Origin: Candidatus Kapaibacterium sp.
GTDB taxonomy: Bacteria; Bacteroidota; Ignavibacteria; Kapaibacteriales; NICIL-2
Assembly: GCA_040398805.1 (NCBI GenBank)
Contig: JBBATK010000010.1
Coordinates: 18,113-82,112 of the forward strand
Direction: 5' to 3'
DNA length: 64,000 nt
Both the position numbers and the translations under genes were made by a program. Positions 30,027 to 38,315 of this stretch are shown here, one piece after another; positions within the stretch are counted from its first letter, which is position 1; every line of letters starts with the position of its first letter. Under the pieces are notes generated by a model. That model made no database searches. It saw nothing but the letters and a program-made list of their open reading frames with translations, and was not told the origin of the DNA.

Positions 30027-30061
30027 TCCCGTGTCATGATTGACACGGGAGTTTTTTTTTG
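30027..30061 (+). terminator. Rho-independent terminator after cargo gene B
   Basis: Perfect 11-bp stem CTCCCGTGTCA / TGACACGGGAG with a TGAT loop, followed by nine T residues. Confidence 0.8.
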
Positions 30062-30510
30062 CCCCCCGGGGTCCCGTCCTCCCGGTGCTTTTATCTCTCC
30101 TCGTCGTGAAAAGCTCTGACCCGAAAAAAAAATCTCTGCCTCGTGTCCACTTCCGGGTCCCCCAATCGTTTTGTGTAGAGGGACGAGACAACGTTTCTTC
30201 AGAGTGTGGGTCGGTGTTTTATATACAAGAGCGGGTATGGCGATATCGAACCACACGAAGAGAGACCGAGTCGATGTTCTTCAGTTCAAACGTTTTCTCT
30301 GCAGTCAAGCATTTCTGCGTCTCGTCGGACGGGTTCTTCACGAATGACGGCATGCGGTCCGGACTTGACCTTTGAAGAAGCAGAGAAGACGGATGAACGG
30401 AGGACATGATCGTTTCCGAAAGTATCCCTTGAGTGAGACGGGGTCCATGATCACATAGTGGAGAGAGTGGATCCTGTCTCTTTTTATATCACCACATCAA
30501 CGAGGATATC

Positions 30511-31026
30511 ATGAAATCTACGATAACGACCATAGTACTGACGGTTGCATTTCTCGTCATTCCAAGCCGGACGACGGCGAACACCCTGCCGGTGGTTCAT
30601 GCCCCGACGACCACCGTTAGCGCGCAGGACAGGGTATGGGCGGACTTTTTCGGCTTAAGCATCGAACTCACTTTCGGCACGAACATACCGTCCTGCCGCT
30701 GCTGCTATGGCGGCATTTGCAGCGTAAAGGCGACCATTCCGTTCTTTCTGAAAAAGGGTCCTCTCAACGATGAATACATCGCTTCCCAGGTGCGCGGCTT
30801 CCAAGCAAACGATCAGGCGAGCATAGGACGTACCTCGACCGGAGAGGTGTATCTACTGTTCAACAGGGACATCACACGCCCCGAGTTCCTCGGATCCCAA
30901 CTCACTATCACCGCACCCGTGCACGTCGATCCCGTCCTCGTCAAACAATACAACATCCCGCAGATACCGGCCGGTACGTACGACATCACGGACAACGGTT
31001 TGTTCAAAATGATACGGATTCAATGA
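30511..31026 (+). CDS. Hypothetical small secreted protein with CRCCYGGIC cysteine cluster
   Basis: Signal peptide MKSTITTIVLTVAFLVIPSRTTA. No family recognised. First gene of a four-gene co-directional set. Confidence 0.45.
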   Translation: MKSTITTIVLTVAFLVIPSRTTANTLPVVHAPTTTVSAQDRVWADFFGLSIELTFGTNIPSCRCCYGGICSVKATIPFFLKKGPLNDEYIASQVRGFQANDQASIGRTSTGEVYLLFNRDITRPEFLGSQLTITAPVHVDPVLVKQYNIPQIPAGTYDITDNGLFKMIRIQ

Positions 31027-31027
31027 C

Positions 31028-31666
31028 ATGATGCAGTTGAGAACCATCGCGCGTCCACGAGTTTTCAGAATCGTCCTCGTCGCAATCATCTGCATCGTTG
31101 TGGCCATCATATGGATGATCGGACCATACGTGTGGAACATGGCGGTCGTCATGGGAATGAGACCGTGGAACATGCGAACGCATACCCGAGCGGAGATCAT
31201 CGCACTGGCTGATAGAGAGCCGCTTCGACAGCATGGACAGCTCTACGGAGAACATGCTGCCGTCGCAACGATCTTCTCGAAGGGCGGCGGCATCGACGAT
31301 GGCTCGGAACCGGCCTACCTCGTGTTCGACCGCGATGGTTTTCTCCTGCGTCAGCATGCGTGTTTCGAATCGATGCCGGGTTTTCTCGACAGCACCAGGA
31401 GAGTCCGCGGTTGGTACGAAAAGGACACCATGTTCACCCTTCATGACTGTACGCGTGTCCTTCGTTCGCTTGGTTCAATGAAGCCGTTCGAGCTTGATAC
31501 CGCATCCAAACCCGACTATACCGTCATCCTTGGCTGGAACGACTACTTCCGCCATGCTGAACGGAAGATCGATTCGTTCCTCGTCGCCATTCGAACCAAG
31601 CCGTATACGACTCGCGTCCTCATGGTCAACACGAATGCGAAAGACTCCTCGTTCATCAAAAAGTGA
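31028..31666 (+). CDS. Hypothetical membrane-anchored protein
   Basis: N-terminal transmembrane helix IVLVAIICIVVAIIWMIGPYVW. Starts 2 nt after the previous stop. Confidence 0.4.
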   Translation: MMQLRTIARPRVFRIVLVAIICIVVAIIWMIGPYVWNMAVVMGMRPWNMRTHTRAEIIALADREPLRQHGQLYGEHAAVATIFSKGGGIDDGSEPAYLVFDRDGFLLRQHACFESMPGFLDSTRRVRGWYEKDTMFTLHDCTRVLRSLGSMKPFELDTASKPDYTVILGWNDYFRHAERKIDSFLVAIRTKPYTTRVLMVNTNAKDSSFIKK

Positions 31667-31851
31667 TCACTGCCGGTACGGGTGACTGCGGGAATCGTGA
31701 TCCCGTAGGACCGGATCGAAAGGCCACACGAGGATATTCGTCTTCTACGGTATGCACATGACTTCTTCCTACCCTCGACAGCACCGGTAGCCGTTCTTCG
31801 GAGCATCCTTTATCATTCACCATTCTTGTTTGTATCACCACTCCCCCGTGT

Positions 31852-32427
31852 ATGAGTATCTCCCTTTCACGCCTCACCGGCACTCTTCTCTGCGGAACGG
31901 CTCTCGCATGCATTGCGATTCCTCTTTCACCCCACTTCGTCCGCGTCCTCTCACCGGAGCATCGAATGGTCGTGGAGACAGGACCGCACGAGAGGAACAG
32001 GAGGAAGCTCACCACGATCACCCCGGCGGAACTACGACGACTCGTCGAGAGAATCAAGAAAGACACCGTCATCATTCACTTCTGGAACACATGGCGAAGT
32101 GACGGCACACGATACGTGCGGGTGTTGAGGGAGTATTCCTCGCGCACGCATCCGAAGACGGCGGTGGTGCACGTATGCACCGACATGACAGGCATACAAC
32201 AACAGAAGGCCTCCCGATTGGTCGCCGAACGACTTGACATCCCTGGTCCGTTACTCGGCGTGCGGTCCAGCGCCAGCATCTTCGATCTTCACAACATCGA
32301 GGCTACGACGCATTTTCATCGAAGCTTGACCGGCAGAGTACCCGATACTGTCTCGCCATCCGTGCTTGCACTGAACAAGGATGGGATACCCATCGATCTT
32401 GATGCCGTAGCAGGTAGGTCACGATAG
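31852..32427 (+). CDS. Thioredoxin-fold-like protein with degenerate active site (WRSDG in place of WCxxC), secreted or lipoprotein
   Basis: N-terminal signal with LLCGTALAC. VIIHFWNTWRSDG resembles the TlpA/thioredoxin beta1-alpha1 motif but lacks both cysteines. Low-confidence fold call. Confidence 0.35.
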   Translation: MSISLSRLTGTLLCGTALACIAIPLSPHFVRVLSPEHRMVVETGPHERNRRKLTTITPAELRRLVERIKKDTVIIHFWNTWRSDGTRYVRVLREYSSRTHPKTAVVHVCTDMTGIQQQKASRLVAERLDIPGPLLGVRSSASIFDLHNIEATTHFHRSLTGRVPDTVSPSVLALNKDGIPIDLDAVAGRSR

Positions 32428-32705
32428 CCCGATAGCTTCAAGGCAGAGTACCGGTCGGACAGATACCATCTCCGATCCCCACCGGGCCTTGGGCTTCCCG
32501 ATGCCAAGGACTGCACAACGTGCGAAGAGAAGGAATGAGCCCCGCGTCCCCCATGCGTCATTGGAGTGAGTTCAATCTCCACGGAGGACGCACGATACGG
32601 TCGTGGAACATGTACGCGATACGTATCTCCCGGCCTCATCCTTCTCTTTCGTGCGTGTATCGCCGAACAGATTCGTCTCAGACTCATCCTCTTCATCACC
32701 ACGTC

Positions 32706-33614
32706 ATGAATCATGATTCCCACTGTCTATTATCTCTGGTATGTGCGTTCGCATTCAATACCTCGCTCCTTTGTGGAGGAAACAGCGATTCGAGCGGAAG
32801 ACGTCAGCAAACCGACTCCGCCTCGCGCACGGAAAGCATGTCCGTTGCCTTCAGTCTCTCTCACCAGCAAGCGTACGACTGGCAACTCGGCGAGGTCTTT
32901 CATGTCGATAGCCGCTGCACAGCTCGGTACCGCTCCGTGTGGACCCGAACTTCCATGCAAGTTTCCGCGGAAATACGAGGTCACTTTGCAACACTCTATA
33001 CATCCCATGTACCCGGCATCGTCGGACCCATCATCCGTTGTACGGACGGCGAAATCACGAGTCAGGTGAAATCCGTGTTCCATCAGGGGTGGATCATCGA
33101 TCCCTATATCCGCACGACCGTCACCACACCCGTCACGGAGATCTTTCCGGCACCGATGCAAAGCATGCAAAGGAGCGCTGCATGGTGGGATCCGGTTCAG
33201 AGCGACCAATCCTGTGGTTTTCACTATCGCCTCTTTCCCGCCTCCGTCCATTCGATGACCGTCCTGTTCGGAACCAACTACCGACAGATCCGCGCGCGAC
33301 ATCACACGCGCATCACGGACGATCCCTTGACCATCCATGCCATCGAATCCTACCGCACCTCCCTAGGCATCGAGTGCCTCATGCAGTCCGATTTCCTGCT
33401 CGACTCCTCGGTCCGGATCTCCAACCTGTGTCAAACGCGCGCCACCGGCCTTCGTGCGAGTTCCGTCCAGTGCTCGCTCGACAATGAGATACGCGTGAAG
33501 TTCTGGCGATACTTCGGACTCTCTCTTTGCACCAACCTTCGGTACGATAGGTCACTGAGCAGAAAACTCATCTACAAACATGTCGCGCAAATCGGCCTTG
33601 TCTGGGAACACTGA
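32706..33614 (+). CDS. Hypothetical lipoprotein (302 aa)
   Basis: Start at MNHDSHCLLSLVCAFAFNTSLLCGG (lipobox-like LLCGG). The tracked ORF 32520 start is probably an over-extension. Confidence 0.4.
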   Translation: MNHDSHCLLSLVCAFAFNTSLLCGGNSDSSGRRQQTDSASRTESMSVAFSLSHQQAYDWQLGEVFHVDSRCTARYRSVWTRTSMQVSAEIRGHFATLYTSHVPGIVGPIIRCTDGEITSQVKSVFHQGWIIDPYIRTTVTTPVTEIFPAPMQSMQRSAAWWDPVQSDQSCGFHYRLFPASVHSMTVLFGTNYRQIRARHHTRITDDPLTIHAIESYRTSLGIECLMQSDFLLDSSVRISNLCQTRATGLRASSVQCSLDNEIRVKFWRYFGLSLCTNLRYDRSLSRKLIYKHVAQIGLVWEH

Positions 33615-34215
33615 ACTCAGTGCACGGAGAAGATCTGCCATCCAACATCGCAATCCGTGCGCGCGATGTCTCGTCATGAATAGAGTTTTCCACATAGTTC
33701 CGACTCGGACGACCTTATTAATTGTAGAGTTTATTTTATTGACTATCAACGCTTTAACATTCCACCAGGTCAAGCGAGACAGTAGATCCTAGCTGTGTTT
33801 TCCACAACAGAGGTACCCATACGATCAACCATTCACCATGGACTCCTTGACGTCGTTGACAGGGATGTCACGTTCACTCAGCCGCACGGAAAACAACCGT
33901 GCACGACCGGAGCTCACGCTCCGTCCCACCACCATATCACCTCCGGAAACGGTCGCATCGAGAGACACATCCAAGGGATTGCAGCGGTCATGACACCCTC
34001 GACGATCGCCACGGAACACCCGTCGAACCTTTCCGCGAGTGTCCACGCGGGACATCATTCACTCCCACCCGGATTGTTACCAAATCCACACATGCGTGTT
34101 CATTGCCACCCATCCTCACTTCAGTAACTTTGTACACTCTCTTTCGGGTACCTACACCCGACTTTCGTTTGGACGTAACGAACACGTAGTATCATTCATA
34201 CATTCTCCATTCATT

Positions 34216-37200
34216 ATGAGAAAACTTCTTCTCTGTGTCGGTCTATTGTTGCTGCAGGTTGCTTCGGTAATCGCGCAAACCAATCCGACCCCTTTCGATC
34301 TGGGTACGGGCACGTATTCATTCACCCAGTGGGATGCGACAAATCCTGCGCGGACCTATCCGCCGAACATGCGTCTGCATACCTTCTCGACGACGAGTTC
34401 GTTGACGGCCGTGGAGCCGCTGCGTCTGGACTATGAAATGAATGCGGATTGGGACACCACATATAGCCTCATCAGTGGTGCCCGCTTCAACGGCTTGGGC
34501 GCCGACGGCATGTCGTTCCTGAACACCTCGAGTTCCGCATACTCGCCGTTCCGCTTCTTCGGTGCGATGGTTCTCGGCCTGAATACGACCAACAGGCAGA
34601 ACATCCGTGTCACCTGGACGGGCGGTACGGTTGTCTCGCAGACACGTCTTTATGCGATCGTCCTCCAATATCGCGTCGGTACATCAGGCGCATGGTCCAC
34701 AGCAATCAACAACGCGACCGATACGGTTCAATACAAGTCGAGCACAACGGGTAATGCCCAAGCGATGCCCTCGTTCACCTTGCCCGCCATCTGCGAGAAT
34801 CAACCGAACGTGCAAGTTCGTTGGAGAATGTACCAGTGGAGTTCTGCATCGTCGGGCAGCCGTCCGCAGCTTCGGGTCGACGAGATTTCCGTTCAAAGCG
34901 ATGCGAGCACCGGCACCCCCACGAAGCTGGCAGTGGTCGGCATCAACCCGGCCGTACCGTCAACATTGACTCCGTTCAGCGTAACCGTCCAGTCAAGAAA
35001 TGCGGACGACCAGGCAAGAAACGTCCTTACAAGTACGGACGTCGCGCTAAGCGTATTCACGGGTAGCGGAGTGCTCAGCGGCACAGTAACCGGAACCATT
35101 CCTGCCGGAAGCAACACGCTCGTTCTCAACAATGTCATGTATAATGTCGCAGAGCAAGGCGTGGTCCTGCAGGTCTCCCGCACAGCCGGAGACGCGCTTT
35201 CAAGCGCGCTCACATCTCCGTTCACCGTCGTTCCGCGAGCAACACAACTGACCATGACTTCGGTGCCCGCGAACGCGTTCGTCGGCATCGCCCTTCCAAC
35301 GGTTTCCATTACGGCGCGTCGCGCAGACAACTCTGTCGACCTCAACTATCCCGGTCCGATCACCATTTCCAAGGCAAGCGGTCCCGGTAATGTCACGGGT
35401 ACGCTGACCGTCACGCCCGTCAACGGTGTCGCCAATTTCACGGGTCTCGGCTTCGACGCTCCCGGCACCTACGTGCTCACGGCGAGCGGTGCGAACGTAA
35501 CGAGCGCCACCAGCACAGCCATCGTCGTCGTCGGACAACCTTCTCTTGCGGAGCTTGTCATGCCGCAGTTCATGGCGGCCCGCAGTATCACGTTGCCCAC
35601 GTTCGCCCTTATCCGCATAGACAACCTCCAACCGAATTCGGCGTACCGATATTATACGGCGGCGGCCGAAATCAACAACTTGGTGGGTTTCGCCGCTGGA
35701 ACGAATATTCACCTGAATACGAACGCATCGACGTTCTCGTACGTACCGAACAGCTTCAGCGACTTCGGCACGCCGGGTCGATACTCGGAATTCACGACGG
35801 GTGCCAACGAAACATCGAAGGTCCTGTGGGTGAACCTCGTTCCCTCCAGCAACTCGCGTTTCACCGCCGGTAACAATATGTTCTGGTACTTCTCGCTGCG
35901 CGATACGACACGGAGCATCGAAACGCGCTTCGTGACGCAAGGAACGACAAGAACCATCAACATCTCCACGGCAGCCACCGACGCATCGGGTATCGTCGAC
36001 ACCGCCAGCACCTGCGATCCCAAGACCGTCATCTGTCTGTACGATAACACGACGGGTACTACTCAACCGCTCGCCACTGCCCTCGTGCAAGACGAAGGCA
36101 CGGTCGTAACGAACGCACCGGCCTTTTACTCGGGTGTCGAGACGCGTCGCACCGCATGGGCCACGCTCATCCCGAACAATCTTCCGAACGGCATCCGCCG
36201 TGTCGAGCAGCGGTCCCTTACCACCGGACAGATCCTGAAGGTATGGGTGGACGGTGACGGCGTATGGCCGCCGTCGAACACCGTGAACCCGTCCGGCGGA
36301 AACAACGCCGTCATGTTCGCGACTCCTCAAGTGAACTTCCCTACAAGCCTCACGGGCAAGAGTTTCTGCAGTAATCAACCGGCGGTCATCACATGGAACG
36401 CGCGCGGAATCTCCACTGTGGATCTTCAGATCACGGCCGACGGAACCACGTACACGACCATTGCGAGCGGAATCAACGCGTTGCTTGGTACGTTCACATG
36501 GACCATCCCGAGTCAGTTCGCCGGCGGTAACAACCTTCGCCTGCGAATCGTCGACACCGATCGTCCGACGACTGTCTCGGACATCTCCGGCTTCATCAAT
36601 GTCAATACGCCTGCCGTGATTACTCTGCAGCCCGAGAACAAGGAGGCATGTCTGGGCGGTACGGTCACCCTGAGTGTTCGCGCCAGCGGAACGGCTCTCA
36701 CGTATCAGTGGGAAAAAGATGGCGTACTCATGGCTGGTAGAAACAGCGCAACACTCGAAATCCCTACGGTGACCAATGGCACAAGCGGACTCTACCGTTG
36801 CATCATCAACGGTGGTTCCGGTTGCCCCGGCGCTACGTCAGGATACGCGTTCATCTCCATCATCCCCGAACTCCAAGTGGTATCGCAACCGCAAAGCACC
36901 TCGGCCGCCGTCGGCGGTACCGCCGTCCTTCGCGTGGAAGCGAATCTGCAAAGCGGACTTCTCTACCAATGGTACCGTGGAACAACGTTGCTGAGCGATA
37001 ACGCCCGCATCACGGGTACCCGCTCCTCGTCTCTCACTCTGCGTAACATGATCGCCGCCGATTTCGGTAACGACTACCAATGCCGCATTGTCTCCAATTG
37101 CGGTTCGATCCTGTCGGAAAAGGCGAGTATCTCATCGGCCAGCATTACGATAACGACCCAGCCGGAGTCGGTCGATGCCTGCTCCGACAACGACGCATCC

Positions 37201-38217
37201 TTCACCGCAGCAGCCACGGCATCGGGACCGAATGTGACGGTTTCCTATCAATGGTTGAAGAACAACACACCCATCAGCAACGGAGCCAAGTATAGTGGCG
37301 CTACGACGGCCGTCCTCACCGTCAAGAGTCTCGTCGCTGCGGATGCAGGACAATACTCCTGTAAGGTGACGGCGTCCAACGGCGCCGTAGGATTCACCTC
37401 ACCCGCCGAATTGCGTGTCTCCACGGGTCCGAAGATCCTCGCACAAACGGGCACCATCAGTGCCTGCGACGGCGATACCACCCGCCTGTCGGTGACGACC
37501 ATGGACACCACGGGCGTCAGCTATCAGTGGTGGTACAAGGGCAGACCGATCAGCGGTGCCACGTCGTCCACTCTCACCCGCATCGCCTCCGTCACCACCG
37601 AAGGTTCGTACTGGTGTGTGGTGTCCACCGCATGCGGAACCGATACGGCCAAGCAAGGAAACATCGTGCGCGTGGCCGGTACGGTCATCACGACACAGAT
37701 GCGGAAGGAAACAAAGCTCCTCGAGGGCGGTACCATCGTCCTCACCGTCGAAGCCACCGGCAAGAACCTTCGCTACTTCTGGTACTTCAACGGCAAGTCC
37801 CTGCCGAACGATACGACGGCCACCCTTACCATCCGCAATGCGCAGCTCTCCAACGCCGGCACCTATGGCTGCCGTATCCTGGGCGACTGCGGTGGGGTGG
37901 ACGCGGATTCCGGTGTCGTGTCGATCACGAGCGACGTGAACGAACTGGCAGAATACGGATTCACCATGTTCGCTCCCACGCCGAATCCGGCAAACGATCG
38001 TGCGACCGTCTCGTTCGAACTCTCGTCAGCGAGATATGTCTCCCTGAGCATCGTCGACGTTCTCGGTCGTGAGGTCCTCGCACCCGTCAACGGTGTGTTG
38101 GAAAGCGGCAGTCACTCCGTCGGCATCGATTGTTCATCTCTTGTCGGCGGATCGTATGTGGTCCGTCTGCAAAGCGCGCAATCGGTCATCACGAGGCGTC
38201 TCGTCATCGTCAAGTAA
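34216..38217 (+). CDS. Giant secreted T9SS cargo protein C (1333 aa): signal peptide, N-terminal beta-rich region, five tandem immunoglobulin I-set-like domains, type-A T9SS C-terminal sorting domain
   Basis: Start at MRKLLLCVGLLLLQVASVIAQ. Five repeats share a (Y/F)(Q/F)WxxxGxxL...(S/T)LTIxxxxxxDxGxYxCxV pattern (YQWEKDGVLM, YQWYRGTTLL, YQWLKNNTPI, YQWWYKGRPI, YFWYFNGKSL). CTD ...GSYVVRLQSAQSVITRRLVIVK. Confidence 0.8.
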   Translation: MRKLLLCVGLLLLQVASVIAQTNPTPFDLGTGTYSFTQWDATNPARTYPPNMRLHTFSTTSSLTAVEPLRLDYEMNADWDTTYSLISGARFNGLGADGMSFLNTSSSAYSPFRFFGAMVLGLNTTNRQNIRVTWTGGTVVSQTRLYAIVLQYRVGTSGAWSTAINNATDTVQYKSSTTGNAQAMPSFTLPAICENQPNVQVRWRMYQWSSASSGSRPQLRVDEISVQSDASTGTPTKLAVVGINPAVPSTLTPFSVTVQSRNADDQARNVLTSTDVALSVFTGSGVLSGTVTGTIPAGSNTLVLNNVMYNVAEQGVVLQVSRTAGDALSSALTSPFTVVPRATQLTMTSVPANAFVGIALPTVSITARRADNSVDLNYPGPITISKASGPGNVTGTLTVTPVNGVANFTGLGFDAPGTYVLTASGANVTSATSTAIVVVGQPSLAELVMPQFMAARSITLPTFALIRIDNLQPNSAYRYYTAAAEINNLVGFAAGTNIHLNTNASTFSYVPNSFSDFGTPGRYSEFTTGANETSKVLWVNLVPSSNSRFTAGNNMFWYFSLRDTTRSIETRFVTQGTTRTINISTAATDASGIVDTASTCDPKTVICLYDNTTGTTQPLATALVQDEGTVVTNAPAFYSGVETRRTAWATLIPNNLPNGIRRVEQRSLTTGQILKVWVDGDGVWPPSNTVNPSGGNNAVMFATPQVNFPTSLTGKSFCSNQPAVITWNARGISTVDLQITADGTTYTTIASGINALLGTFTWTIPSQFAGGNNLRLRIVDTDRPTTVSDISGFINVNTPAVITLQPENKEACLGGTVTLSVRASGTALTYQWEKDGVLMAGRNSATLEIPTVTNGTSGLYRCIINGGSGCPGATSGYAFISIIPELQVVSQPQSTSAAVGGTAVLRVEANLQSGLLYQWYRGTTLLSDNARITGTRSSSLTLRNMIAADFGNDYQCRIVSNCGSILSEKASISSASITITTQPESVDACSDNDASFTAAATASGPNVTVSYQWLKNNTPISNGAKYSGATTAVLTVKSLVAADAGQYSCKVTASNGAVGFTSPAELRVSTGPKILAQTGTISACDGDTTRLSVTTMDTTGVSYQWWYKGRPISGATSSTLTRIASVTTEGSYWCVVSTACGTDTAKQGNIVRVAGTVITTQMRKETKLLEGGTIVLTVEATGKNLRYFWYFNGKSLPNDTTATLTIRNAQLSNAGTYGCRILGDCGGVDADSGVVSITSDVNELAEYGFTMFAPTPNPANDRATVSFELSSARYVSLSIVDVLGREVLAPVNGVLESGSHSVGIDCSSLVGGSYVVRLQSAQSVITRRLVIVK

Positions 38218-38263
38218 ACGATGCCCGACAGGTCGGTCGCCTTCACAGAGGTTTTTTCATTTC

Positions 38264-38303
38264 ATGGCAGAGCGGCCCTTCGGGCGCTCTGCCATGTTTG
38301 TCT
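38264..38303 (+). terminator. Putative intrinsic terminator / hairpin between cargo genes C and D
   Basis: Stem GGCAGAGCG ... CGCTCTGCC (9 bp, GC-rich inner extension) followed by ATGTTTGTCTT. The T-tract is imperfect. Confidence 0.35.
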
Positions 38304-38315
38304 TAAGTTGTCCGT

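Noticed and set aside
30062-30510. The 450-nt intergenic region after the B terminator, examined for repeats or spacers
   Set aside because: It holds only short imperfect C-rich direct repeats (CCGGGGTCCCG / CCGGGTCCCCC). There is no regular repeat-spacer periodicity, so it is not a CRISPR array.
33795-34127. Tracked small ORFs 33795-34127(+) and 33825-34058(-) in the leader of gene C
   Set aside because: The translations are His/Pro/Ser-rich with no hydrophobic core or motifs. The region looks like an AT-richer promoter or 5' leader for the 34216 gene.
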